A stretch of DNA of 64,000 bases from Synechococcales cyanobacterium VAR_4_metabat_354 (GCA_031414775.1 JANOQI010000033.1:1-64000); one strand, 5' to 3'. Shown: positions 42,452 through 52,613, counted from the stretch's first letter. A program made the numbers and translations. Notes: a model not told the origin generated them from the sequence alone.

Positions 42452-42466
42452 CCGGCAATTTGCCGG
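42452..42466. promoter_or_regulatory. Palindromic operator candidate for the TA operon
   Basis: ccggcaa-t-ttgccgg lies just downstream of a TTGACA -35 on the minus strand (tgtcaa 42468-42473) and upstream of a TACGAT -10. Confidence 0.65.
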
Positions 42467-42523
42467 GTGTCAATATAGTCGAAGCCATCACATCACAGAA
42501 TAGGTTTGAAATGTTGTCTTGCT

Positions 42524-43570
42524 TTAGTTTTCATTGGGCAATACCCGCACCCGAATAGAGTTTTGACCCATTTCATCCAGGGGCACTTCCACAATTTCCC
42601 CCGATAGCCGCTCCAAACAATTCAGTAGCGATCGCAAGTGCGGTGTACTTGCCCCGGTATCTACAAATAACCTATCGGCTAAAGTGCCCACTCGCTTCCA
42701 GGTCATATAAAACTTGGTCAGTGTTTGCTCCAGGGTAGCCGCCTGTTTCAGTAAATCCGCTGCCACCGGCAAACAACCCACCCGCATAGCTTCTTCTAAG
42801 GCGATCGATAGATCCACCGCCGACTGATTTAGGGTTTGCACCTGTGCCCCAGCATCCAAATAACGGGATAAACTGCGGGCATTAGCCGTCAACTCTTTTA
42901 CATTATCTACTTCCGGATTGTCGGTCATTTCTCGCTGGAGAGCCTGTTGATGCAGCTCCGGTAGCTTCTCCATCTCCCGCACCAAAGGAGCCAAGTAACG
43001 CGGCGGCATCGAGCCACTGGCCGCTCTTTCCTTTAACTCTTCAGGCAATAGATCTGAACTCATTGCCGTCCATTCTTCGGAGAGCTGTTTCACTTCTCGT
43101 CGGGAAATTTTGTCGCCGCGCGTCGCGGCTTCTGTCACCATCTGCTGAACTTCTGGTGAAGACTTGGCCGTTTCCACAAAAGCGCGTTTGGTGAAATTGT
43201 TTAAAGTTTGGGGTGATAGCTCGCCTTGCGCCATCAGTGCATCGGCGCTATTGGCTAATTCAATCCAGGCGTAGGCTTGACTTTTACTCAGTTCTCGTTC
43301 TTTCAGCCAGTTCAGAAAACCTTGACCGCGACTGTCACCACCGCGTTTCTCTCGATCGCGTACCACTCGCAAAATCCGACCACGCCAAATTTCAGTTTGC
43401 AAATCGAACCGATCGCAAACCGCCCACGCACTATCAACTTGCAGCTGAAAGTCGTAATCACCAACACTTTCATCGTCAGGATCGGGGAGTTCTAAGTTGA
43501 TATCATTACCTGCTTCTAAAGCCAAGGCAATGTTTTCGGCGGGCAGTGAATGTTCATGAGAACTTACCAT
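42524..43570 (-). CDS. Conserved cyanobacterial hypothetical protein
   Basis: 348-aa ORF with CDRFDLQTEIWRGRILR..RDREK motif; function unknown. Confidence 0.75.
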   Translation of the reverse strand: MVSSHEHSLPAENIALALEAGNDINLELPDPDDESVGDYDFQLQVDSAWAVCDRFDLQTEIWRGRILRVVRDREKRGGDSRGQGFLNWLKERELSKSQAYAWIELANSADALMAQGELSPQTLNNFTKRAFVETAKSSPEVQQMVTEAATRGDKISRREVKQLSEEWTAMSSDLLPEELKERAASGSMPPRYLAPLVREMEKLPELHQQALQREMTDNPEVDNVKELTANARSLSRYLDAGAQVQTLNQSAVDLSIALEEAMRVGCLPVAADLLKQAATLEQTLTKFYMTWKRVGTLADRLFVDTGASTPHLRSLLNCLERLSGEIVEVPLDEMGQNSIRVRVLPNEN

Positions 43571-43630
43571 TGGTCACTTTTGGTACACACGGACCTTAGA
43601 TTATAGGGACAAGCATCCAAAATCTGCAAG

Positions 43631-44110
43631 CTAGGGAAAAAACGATTTGAGGAATCTAAATAACAGGGCAATCAGAGCAGCAAAGCTAGCTACCATCAGG
43701 GCTAGAACTATTACGAGGAAGATAATAAAGAATAGGTCAACCTTAGCCTGAAACTGAGGCTGATCAACGTGAGCATCCACTAGTTTCAAATTGCGGGTAT
43801 TTGCTTTGGAGATAGCATCAAATAAATCTCCGAAGATTGGCACTGTGCCAGTTAAACCATCGATCACAATATTTAAGACCATCCGCAGTAAAGTAGCCTT
43901 TGGCAATCCGAGCAAAGCCGCCTCTACTACAATGTAGGCAGAAAGTAACATACCAACTGTATCGCCTCCACCTGGAAACAAACCAATGATCGGATCGAGA
44001 CCAATACGTTTATTAGTACCAGGGATCAAAATTGCTTCATCCAGCAAGCGAGAAAGTTGGCGAATGCGCTGGAGTCTTTTCTGCTGAGTAGGGTGCAGGT
44101 GAGCAAGCAT
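43631..44110 (-). CDS. DUF4112 family membrane protein
   Basis: LLD.A..IPGT..RIGLDPIIGL.PG.GD and G.VP..GDLFD motifs. Start adjusted to ATG 44110. Confidence 0.9.
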   Translation of the reverse strand: MLAHLHPTQQKRLQRIRQLSRLLDEAILIPGTNKRIGLDPIIGLFPGGGDTVGMLLSAYIVVEAALLGLPKATLLRMVLNIVIDGLTGTVPIFGDLFDAISKANTRNLKLVDAHVDQPQFQAKVDLFFIIFLVIVLALMVASFAALIALLFRFLKSFFP

Positions 44111-44214
44111 AGCAAGATAAATTAAAAGTCCAATCCTATCATGGAAGTTTTGACTGGTTGGAGATCTGTGATCCATCAGGTATGATATTTGGAAGCTTTT
44201 GTCGATGCAATCCT

Positions 44215-44880
44215 GTGCAAATACCACATTTCTTTGAAGCCGATCACGAATTGATTCGCTCCCTAAGGTCTTCCAGTGATACTGAATTGATTCAAGGCTG
44301 TTGCCAAGAGATGGATCAAGCTAAGTTTTTTACGGCTTTTTTCTGTCGCTATAGCGCGGTGACCTACAGTATTTTTCAACATGTCTCTAGTTCTCAGATT
44401 CAGGTAGACTATACATTTGCCAGAGCTTGGCAACACATTTTTGAACGCATTCAGCAGCTTGACGAGCAAAGAATAAACAATACTGTTTGGCAAAATTGGG
44501 TAGTGGATATCGCTGGCAATTTTTTAGATAACTTCCAAGTGCCACCAATAGAGGAAATTCATTACCAGCTAGCAACTGTGTCGCCCCCATTACTCTGTTA
44601 TGTGCAAAGATCGTTGAATTTGATGCAACCTCTGTTACGACTAATGCTGATGATGGATAAACATTGGCATTGGTCAGCATCGAGCATTGCCAGCCATTTA
44701 AGAGCCGAGGGTGAACAATTTGAGGATAGCGATTTGCCGCTGTATTTAGCCGAGAGCCAAAAGGCTTTTGAGAAAACACTCCCGATCGATCTCCACGAAA
44801 TCTATGGAGAATCAGCGGCGATGGATTTTGATATTAGTACGTCTGGGGATATTGTTGATCGCAGCTCAACCAAACAATAG
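44215..44880 (+). CDS. Cyanobacterial sigma-70-like (ECF-related) protein
   Basis: QIPHF.E..H, FTAFFCRY, SPPL.CY motifs, with sigma region 2/4-like layout. GTG start at 44215. Confidence 0.65.
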   Translation: MQIPHFFEADHELIRSLRSSSDTELIQGCCQEMDQAKFFTAFFCRYSAVTYSIFQHVSSSQIQVDYTFARAWQHIFERIQQLDEQRINNTVWQNWVVDIAGNFLDNFQVPPIEEIHYQLATVSPPLLCYVQRSLNLMQPLLRLMLMMDKHWHWSASSIASHLRAEGEQFEDSDLPLYLAESQKAFEKTLPIDLHEIYGESAAMDFDISTSGDIVDRSSTKQ

Positions 44881-44891
44881 TCCATCACAAA

Positions 44892-45848
44892 TCAACTCAT
44901 CGCTAGCATCCGTTGAATCGGCATTAAGGCTAATTGTTGAATCTCGGTGGGTATGGTAATTTCTGGGGTTCGATCGCGTAGTGCTAAATACACTTTTTCG
45001 AGGGTATTCAGTCGCATGTAAGGACATTCATTGCAGTTGCAATTATTGGCATCGGGGGGCGCGGGAATATATTCTTTATCGGGTCTGGCCTTCTGCATTT
45101 GGTGAATAATCCCTGGTTCGGTCACCACAATAAAACTTTGATAATCATCTTGCTGGGTAAATTTCAAGAGTGCACTGGTCGAACCAATAAAATCAGCATG
45201 GCGCAGCACCGGTTCTTCGCATTCCGGGTGAGCAATTACGGCGGCGGTAGGATGTTGAATCTTCAACTGCACCAACTTTTTTTCAGAAAAAGTCTCATGG
45301 ACAATGCAACTGCCTTGCCACAGAACTAAATCCCGCCCCGCTTGCTGAGCGACATAGCGACCCAGGTTGCGATCGGGTGCAAAAATAATTCCTTGCTCTG
45401 GGGCGATTTGCTGGACGATTTTCACCGCATTGGAGCTAGTACAAATAATGTCGCTGAGCGCCTTAATCTCCGCCGTACAGTTAATGTAAGAAATCACCAC
45501 ATGGTCGGGGTGCTGAGCTTTAAAAGCTGCAAACTTATCCGGTGGGCAGCTATCGGCCAAGGAACAACCAGCTTCTAGATCTGGCAATAGCACTAGCTTG
45601 TGGGGATTAAGAATTTTGGCCGTTTCGGCCATGAAATGTACCCCGGCAAACAAAATTACATCAGCGGGAGTGTCCGCTGCTCGCCGCGATAGCTCTAAGG
45701 AATCACCAATAAAGTCGGCGATGTCTTGAATTTCGGATTCTTGGTAGTAGTGCGCCAAAATCACGGCGTTGAGTTCTTGCTTGAGCGATCGAATTGCCCC
45801 GACTAAATCGGTCGGAATTTGGTTGACTGAGCGGTTGGTAACAAACAT
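44892..45848 (-). CDS. nadA: Quinolinate synthase
   Basis: [43 protein letters not shown]. Confidence 0.98.
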   Translation of the reverse strand: MFVTNRSVNQIPTDLVGAIRSLKQELNAVILAHYYQESEIQDIADFIGDSLELSRRAADTPADVILFAGVHFMAETAKILNPHKLVLLPDLEAGCSLADSCPPDKFAAFKAQHPDHVVISYINCTAEIKALSDIICTSSNAVKIVQQIAPEQGIIFAPDRNLGRYVAQQAGRDLVLWQGSCIVHETFSEKKLVQLKIQHPTAAVIAHPECEEPVLRHADFIGSTSALLKFTQQDDYQSFIVVTEPGIIHQMQKARPDKEYIPAPPDANNCNCNECPYMRLNTLEKVYLALRDRTPEITIPTEIQQLALMPIQRMLAMS

Positions 45849-46185
45849 GGCTGAGGAGTGGCAAAATCGTTATTTTTTAATTATAGTGGATTTCACCAAA
45901 AAGCCAAGTGATTCTGCTCAGTTCATGACTCTCTGCCCAGGCGACCAATGCTATCCCAAAATTATTTACGCTGCCTGTAACAGTCAAGGCATTCCACATT
46001 TTTTATTAAATTTTGAGAGAACATACTTTTTCTTACTGACTATATTAGTATTTTCTATATATAATTCTTTTTAATCATAAAATCATTTTTATTTACTTAT
46101 AAACTATATTAGTAGTTAGATATAGCATTCACATGGGACTTGTTCGTGAGTTGACTTCTGTTAATTTTGAATGAAGAGTTTGAGC

Positions 46186-46626
46186 ATGGAAATTACTACT
46201 TTGACTGCTTTTATTAGTCCCTTTTTGCCATTTTTGTTGAAACTGGGCGGCAAGGCGCTGGAAAAATCGACGGAATCGGCCTCGGGCAAGTTTGGGGAGG
46301 CGGCGTTTGCGAAAGCCCAGGCGGTTTGGGGAAAGTTGGAGCCAAAGGTGGAGGCGAAGGAAGCAGCCAAAGAGGCCGCGATCGATCTAGCAAATAATCC
46401 AGATGATCAGGATTTACAGGCGGCGCTGCGGGTGCAGTTGAAGAAGTTGTTGGAACAGGATGAGGAGTTATTTAGAGAGATCGAGCAGATTCTGGCAGAA
46501 GATACGCCGGATGGTACTTCTGGCACCCAAATTGTGCAAAATGTCACGGGTAATCAAAACCTGGTCATCGGTCAAATGATGGGTGGTAAGGTGATTGGCA
46601 ATATTTCTGGCGATGTGACGATGTAA
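46186..46626 (+). CDS. Bell-like small helical effector with a C-terminal N/Q/G-rich (amyloid-like) motif
   Basis: Hydrophobic N-terminal helix (ITTLTAFISPFLPFLLKLG), W..L..K, P.D.D...AL..QL.KLL..D, C-terminal QNVTGNQNLVIGQMMGGKVIGNISGDV. Confidence 0.75.
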   Translation: MEITTLTAFISPFLPFLLKLGGKALEKSTESASGKFGEAAFAKAQAVWGKLEPKVEAKEAAKEAAIDLANNPDDQDLQAALRVQLKKLLEQDEELFREIEQILAEDTPDGTSGTQIVQNVTGNQNLVIGQMMGGKVIGNISGDVTM

Positions 46627-46651
46627 TTGTAAATGAGCCTGGAGAAAATTT

Positions 46652-48661
46652 ATGGCAGATCTAGTCCCTAATCCATCTAGCGATGATTCAAATTCAAGAT
46701 CTCAGAATCAGCAAAATATTGAGGGTAATGAAAATCAAGTTATTGGTGAGGTGATAGACGGTACCGCAATCCACACAGTCAGCGGTAATGTTATTTATAA
46801 CTATTATTATCGGAAAGAAATACCGATTGAAAATACCACTGAATCTGCTGAGACCGCTCTACTTCCTTGTCCTTATCGAGGTTTGTCTCACTTTGAGCCG
46901 GGGGATGCGAAATATTTTTTTGGCCGGGAAAGCTTTGTGGAAGAATTAGTCGAGGCAACGCAAACCCGTAATTTTATTGCTCTGCTGGGGGCTTCGGGAA
47001 GTGGTAAGTCTTCGGTGGTTTTTGCAGGATTAGTTCCTAAATTGCAACAGGCTGGTCATTGGCAGTTTACCCATTTTCGGCCCGGTTCAGATCCTTTCCA
47101 TACACTGGCTTTAGCACTAATTCCGCTTTACACAAAGAATTTGGATGAAACGGAACAAATACGTCAATCTCGTAATTTAGCTGGCTATTTTCGGACGGGA
47201 GAGGTTTTATTAGCTGATGTTTTTGCTCAAATTCAGCAGAATTTTCCAAATGATCGAGTATTGCTAATTGCCGATCAATTTGAGGAACTCTATACCCTCT
47301 GCAAAGATGAGACTACCAGCGATTTCCTTAGTATATTACTGGCTGGTATTGATAAAACCCCCTTTGCCCCAGTACTCGTGGCAACGATGCGGGCAGATTT
47401 TTTAGGCAATGCCCTTTCCTCTAAACACTTTGCGGATGTGTTGAAGAATGCTGACCTAAAACTGGGCCCGATGAATCGGGAAGAACTAACAGAGGCAATC
47501 AGTAAACCCGCAAAAATGGCAAGGCATCCCTTAGATTTAAGTACAATCAATCTATTAATCGAGCAGACCGCAGATCGGGCAGGAACTTTGCCTTTGCTCC
47601 AGTTTGCTCTGACCCAAATTTGGGAAGGTTTAGCAGCAGGAACAACACCCGCAGAGACGCTCAGATTGATCGGTGGTGTTGGTGGGGCTTTAGCTCGCAA
47701 AGCTCAAGATATTTATGACAAACTTACCTCTGACAAAAAAAAAATTGCACAGCGGGTGTTTTTGAGTTTGGTGCAGTTGGGGGAAGGAGACAAGACAACT
47801 TGTCGTCAGGTGAAGATAAAAAACTTGGTTTCAAAACAAAATAGTCTAGATCTCTTGCAGGAGACGATCTATCTGTTTGCTAGCCCTGATGCTCGGTTGA
47901 TTACCTTGGCAAATGATGGGGATGCAGAAACTGCTGAAATAACTCATGAGGCATTATTTGACAACTGGCAGCAGTTAAAAAACTGGCTGAAGGGTAGTCG
48001 TGAATATCTATGGACTCGGCAGCGGTTAGATGATGCGATAGAAACTTGGGAAAGACGTAATCGACCAGAAGGAAGCTTATGGCAAGCGCAGGATTTAGAA
48101 TCTCTGCGAAACTTTTATAAACATGCTGGCATTGACATGACACAGCGGCAAATTTATTTCTTTAATGCCTCAAAGCAATCTGCAAAATGGAAGAAAGTTA
48201 AAGATATATCACCATATTGTATGTTTGGCGCGTTAATCACATTATGTTTCTTTTGGGTAACAGATGTTGAATACATTACAGCTAAAATTCAGAATGAAAA
48301 CACGTTTTTTGTTAAAAAGCCAACATCTGGAAAGGATAAATATTATTATGATTTACTCCGCTTAGTACTTCGTGAAGCGCTCCCGGGTAAAAAAATAGAA
48401 TTAAAACTTAGAAAAGCAAATTCTTCTCAAGGAGAAGCGACAATTGCACTAAATACAGATGCAATAGATCTTAAGAACCGAGCAAATAAAATCAAACTGG
48501 ATATTGATTGGATGATGGGAAACGATGACAGGCGTTCACAAGCAAAGAATATAAATTTTCCACTTACATTTGGATTGCTATCTCATAGATTATGTCTTGT
48601 ACGTAACAATGACTTTGAATTTCGGAAGATATCTAATAAAAATTTATTCCTCAAAAAATAA
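46652..48661 (+). CDS. nSTAND1-type NTPase with N-terminal amyloid-like motif, TM helix and first part of a solute-binding-like domain
   Basis: CPYRGL..F....A.YFFGRE, GASGSGKSS, DQFEELYT, TMRADF, LPLLQFAL, HEAL. TM at ~48205-48265. Stops at the A6 tract. Confidence 0.85.
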   Translation: MADLVPNPSSDDSNSRSQNQQNIEGNENQVIGEVIDGTAIHTVSGNVIYNYYYRKEIPIENTTESAETALLPCPYRGLSHFEPGDAKYFFGRESFVEELVEATQTRNFIALLGASGSGKSSVVFAGLVPKLQQAGHWQFTHFRPGSDPFHTLALALIPLYTKNLDETEQIRQSRNLAGYFRTGEVLLADVFAQIQQNFPNDRVLLIADQFEELYTLCKDETTSDFLSILLAGIDKTPFAPVLVATMRADFLGNALSSKHFADVLKNADLKLGPMNREELTEAISKPAKMARHPLDLSTINLLIEQTADRAGTLPLLQFALTQIWEGLAAGTTPAETLRLIGGVGGALARKAQDIYDKLTSDKKKIAQRVFLSLVQLGEGDKTTCRQVKIKNLVSKQNSLDLLQETIYLFASPDARLITLANDGDAETAEITHEALFDNWQQLKNWLKGSREYLWTRQRLDDAIETWERRNRPEGSLWQAQDLESLRNFYKHAGIDMTQRQIYFFNASKQSAKWKKVKDISPYCMFGALITLCFFWVTDVEYITAKIQNENTFFVKKPTSGKDKYYYDLLRLVLREALPGKKIELKLRKANSSQGEATIALNTDAIDLKNRANKIKLDIDWMMGNDDRRSQAKNINFPLTFGLLSHRLCLVRNNDFEFRKISNKNLFLKK

Positions 48662-49245
48662 TCATAACACAAGTAACGAGTTGGCCTGACACAGCTATTT
48701 TGAGAAGTAATGATAAGTTGACATTAAAGCAGACACAAAACCAAAAAGAATCAGAAAAGCAACTATTAAATCGTCAAGCCAATTGTTTTTTGCGTGGTTT
48801 GAGCGAGATATATATTGAACAAAAAGAACTTAAGGAAAGCGAGAAAAAAGATTTCTCGATATTAAACACTTTTTTCTTTCAATATCATTCTCCCATAAAT
48901 TTCTATGTTGCGAAAGACAATGAATATTTGCATGACAAAATAGATAGAGGATTGGAAAAAATATTAGAATCCGGGCAACTATTATGTATATACAAACATC
49001 ATTATGGCGAGTTTATAAAGAGGGCAAAGTTAAAAGAAGATAATAGAATTTTTCTTGGCAGTGGCAAACCAGAGAAAACAGAGCATCCGGAGTTATATCT
49101 AGATTTCACAAAGGATTATACAAACATTTTTAAAGATATAGAGGAAAAACAGACTTCTCAATTGACTCCATCAAAATGTAATTCCTTGATTGAAAACCTA
49201 GAACATGAAAACGAACAACTATATCCAAATAAATTAAAAAAATAG
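48661..49245 (+). pseudogene. Frameshifted C-terminal continuation (solute-binding-protein-like) of the nSTAND1 gene
   Basis: The shifted frame is open from 48661: IITQVTSWPDTAILRSN...CFLRGLSEI...YHSPINFYVAKDN..L...I..GL, completing the domain begun upstream. Confidence 0.7.
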
Positions 49246-49496
49246 CCATGCCGCCTCCGCTATAGGGGCATCACAATGAAAACTAGTGAACATTTCGGGC
49301 ACACAGTTTCTTAGAGAACAACACCAAAGTTAGTAAAAGCAACAAGCACCTCAGCGATAGCATGGCACCAAAAAACAGTAACCAGACTTTGAAAATTCAT
49401 GACAGAGCCGCCCCTTTTAGCCAATTGATCTAAATTCCCATATTGCGATTCAGCCAGATCTAAAGGTCGATCGAAATCAGGCGATCAGTGATAATT

Positions 49497-49757
49497 TCAA
49501 TTGCCTTCTATATATTGACGTAAAACGTTGTTTATGAGGGTTTTATACTGTTCGCCTTGCGCCTGAAACCATTTTTGCACGTCCGGATCAAGCTGAACTA
49601 GGTTATGTGCTTGTTCTGCTGGAATACGTAAAGTAGCCCGTTCAAAAAATTCGTCAGTTAGCGGTGGAATGTCTGAGTAGTCAATATTTTCTTCTGACTT
49701 CGACTCTAAAGCTGCCCAATTAGTACGAGAGGTACTGTTCAAATTTTTTTTGTTCAT
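49497..49757 (-). CDS. BrnA antitoxin family protein
   Basis: IDYSDIPPL, LDPDV..WF...G..Y.T.IN.VLR.Y. Confidence 0.9.
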   Translation of the reverse strand: MNKKNLNSTSRTNWAALESKSEENIDYSDIPPLTDEFFERATLRIPAEQAHNLVQLDPDVQKWFQAQGEQYKTLINNVLRQYIEGN

Positions 49758-49998
49758 GACGATTGGCTCTTCGCGCTGAAATAATTCGAGTTACATCCTT
49801 GTGACGCTCTGTCCAGACTACCAATGCTATCCCAGAACCGAGAAAACCAATTCCGAACCAGCGATCTTCGCCATAATCAAAACGCTCATCTAGCTTAATC
49901 AGCATTTCCCCATCAAACATTGGAGGAACATCAGCAAAATCAATCTCATGTTTACGGATGTTTTCAAGGTTTTTTGCTTCGTCCCACTCAAATTGCAT
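49720..49998 (-). CDS. BrnT family RNase toxin
   Basis: FEWDEAKN..N..KH.IDF, YGEDR, RIISARRA. Confidence 0.93.
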   Translation of the reverse strand: MQFEWDEAKNLENIRKHEIDFADVPPMFDGEMLIKLDERFDYGEDRWFGIGFLGSGIALVVWTERHKDVTRIISARRANRHEQKKFEQYLSY

Positions 49999-50103
49999 GA
50001 AGGATTAGGAATATGACAGACTGCACTAACTTCTTTCATTATCCCGCATTTACTTAGGCTAGATCTACCCTGCATAGTATCGCCCTCAATTCCATTATCT
50101 ACC

Positions 50104-51156
50104 TTAGAGATTCGGATAGAGCAAAATCTTATAGGTTTCCGGAGTAGGAGCCGAAGCTTGAGCCACCGCCTTAGCCAGATCCTTCAGATGATACTTATCA
50201 CTAATTAGCGCATCCACATCAATCCGCTGATTAAAAACAATATCCTGCGCCAAACCCTGCACCCGAAAAGAAGAACTATAACTGCCCATCAAATCGATCT
50301 CCCGCTGGTACAAAACATTAGGATTGAGGGGAATAGTCACTTCATCCGGAAATTCCGCAAAAAACAAAATCTTGCCGCCCTTGCGCGTACAGTCCAAAGC
50401 CTGGAAAAAAGCCTTATCGCTGGACACAGCCAATAGACTAACATCCACGCCCATCCCGCCAGTCAGATCCTGAATCTTGCTAGCCAAGTCGGGGTCAGTC
50501 GCTAAAAAAGCCGCATCAGCTCCGATCGACAATGCCTTTTCTACCCGACTGGGAATTAAATCAGTCGTAATCGCCCGGCCACCAAAATACTTCACCAACA
50601 TCGCAAACATTAAGCCGATCGGACCTGCCCCGGTAATCAAAACCGTATCCCCGGCCTGGATATTAGCCTTCTTCACCGCTTTTAAACAGCAATTGGTGGG
50701 TTCTACAAAACTAGCCTGCTCAAAAGTAATCCGGTCAGGAATCGCAATCAAGCCGCCATTTTGGACAATATGCCCCGGCACTTTTACATAATCAGCAAAA
50801 CCACCACCACTGGGCGTAAACCCGGCTGTTGTTGTGACTTGCTTATAGACATCACACATCGAATAGTTTTCGTGCAGACAATAAGCACAGCGCATACAGG
50901 GAATATGGTGCATCACCACCACCCGCTGACCCACTTGCCAATTTTGCACGTCCGCCCCAACTTGCGAAATCACCCCCGCCGTTTCGTGACCAAAAATTCG
51001 GGGCGGTGCATAAAGCGGATAGCGAATTTTTTTGATATCTGATTGGCACAAGCCCACTACCTTTACGGCTACTAGTACTTCATCAGCAGCTAATTCTGGG
51101 ACTGGTAATTCCTCATAGCTGAGTTGATTTACACCGCGAAATACTTGTGCCTTCAT
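50104..51156 (-). CDS. Zinc-dependent medium-chain dehydrogenase
   Basis: GLCQSD, GHE, CMRCAYC..C, GAGPIG. Start adjusted to ATG 51156. Confidence 0.92.
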   Translation of the reverse strand: MKAQVFRGVNQLSYEELPVPELAADEVLVAVKVVGLCQSDIKKIRYPLYAPPRIFGHETAGVISQVGADVQNWQVGQRVVVMHHIPCMRCAYCLHENYSMCDVYKQVTTTAGFTPSGGGFADYVKVPGHIVQNGGLIAIPDRITFEQASFVEPTNCCLKAVKKANIQAGDTVLITGAGPIGLMFAMLVKYFGGRAITTDLIPSRVEKALSIGADAAFLATDPDLASKIQDLTGGMGVDVSLLAVSSDKAFFQALDCTRKGGKILFFAEFPDEVTIPLNPNVLYQREIDLMGSYSSSFRVQGLAQDIVFNQRIDVDALISDKYHLKDLAKAVAQASAPTPETYKILLYPNL

Positions 51157-51256
51157 ATCAATGCTGCCGGAAAGAAACTCTGACACAAATTGTAATGTAG
51201 AGCTAGCTGCTTTGGACTAAGGTTACAAACTTTAAACTTATGTGGCCTTTTCGTGA

Positions 51257-51586
<330 letters not shown>

Positions 51587-51610
51587 TCTATAGTAATAGC
51601 CTATCCATTT

Positions 51611-51645
51611 TTCCCCTGCGGTTATGCTGCACGGGAATTTTTTTT
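51611..51645 (+). terminator. Intrinsic terminator after psaC
   Basis: ttcccctgcgg...ctgcacgggaa followed by a T-run. Confidence 0.7.
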
Positions 51646-51740
51646 ACAAATTCAGCGATGCGGCGCTCAGCGTCTGAAGAAATAAAGTGTAGACTAGTAT
51701 AGAAAATTAGGCATTTTTAAAGTTTTACTCTGACAAATAT

Positions 51741-52613
51741 ATGAAGCTGAAGCACCTCCAACGAGATCGCGCGCTGTTAATGACGAGTATGTTATTGGTA
51801 TTGATGCTAGGGGCAGGCATCTTCAGCGGTATTGTAGGATTTACACTTGGTCATGCCGCCCTCAAAGGTGTTACCCAGCCAGATATTCGTCTTAATAACA
51901 AAGCGGTTACTGACCAAAACCCCAAAACTCGGGGAACAGAAATTTTGAATGAAAAAGAGCTGGTTACTAATGCTCAAAACATAATGGGGATTAAGGCCGG
52001 AGCCGACGATAAACCAGATAAGTTTGCAAACAAAGATAAACCAACTGCGGTCTTTCCGATCGAGAACAAAGATCAAGGAATTGTGATGGTGGTGAAGTCG
52101 GTGAAGCCCGAGGGAACCAATCTGAAGCTGGATTTAATCCTCCGGAACCAAGGTGGGCAAGAAGCCAAATTTGTGCCCGGGGTGTTAACGGTTACAGATG
52201 ACCAGAACAAGCCGATTATGGCTAATTCTAACGGTCTACCCCAAAAATTGATGCCCAATGGTAAGGATGTGGCCTTAAAAATGACGGTGCCAAAAACGGC
52301 GGTGGCCAAGGCCAAAACGATCACATTGCATTTGACCGATGCCGATAAGAAGCTGGGTTTAGACGTTGCCAATATTCCAGTAGAGCCCACGGTCAAAATC
52401 AATATTCCAGATGGTCAGCTTGATACAGTTGAGGAGAAAGAAGACCAACCCAAAAACCAGAATGCTGGTGGCAATGCCAATCAAAATCCTGCTGCACCCA
52501 AAAGACTCAGAGGGAATCGATCACTACAACCCAAGACCAATTCCCAATCAAATCCTAGCGTCCCACCCAAGCGATCGATCAAACCCACCAATAACGTAAA
52601 TCCCCAGAATTAG
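51741..52613 (+). CDS. Membrane-anchored cyanobacterial hypothetical protein
   Basis: N-terminal TM with G..ALKGVTQPD, beta-rich domain, disordered tail. Confidence 0.7.
   Translation: MKLKHLQRDRALLMTSMLLVLMLGAGIFSGIVGFTLGHAALKGVTQPDIRLNNKAVTDQNPKTRGTEILNEKELVTNAQNIMGIKAGADDKPDKFANKDKPTAVFPIENKDQGIVMVVKSVKPEGTNLKLDLILRNQGGQEAKFVPGVLTVTDDQNKPIMANSNGLPQKLMPNGKDVALKMTVPKTAVAKAKTITLHLTDADKKLGLDVANIPVEPTVKINIPDGQLDTVEEKEDQPKNQNAGGNANQNPAAPKRLRGNRSLQPKTNSQSNPSVPPKRSIKPTNNVNPQN

Noticed and set aside
43631..44227. Overlap of the DUF4112 and sigma-like ORFs
   Set aside because: Resolved by downstream starts at 44110 and 44215.
49246..49496. Possible antitoxin remnant (SPDFDRPLD-like peptide) or short hydrophobic ORF on the minus strand
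   Set aside because: Too short, with no convincing start or context.
51221..51240. RpaB HLR1-like site upstream of psaC
   Set aside because: The second half-site is degenerate and spaced 9 rather than 10 bp.
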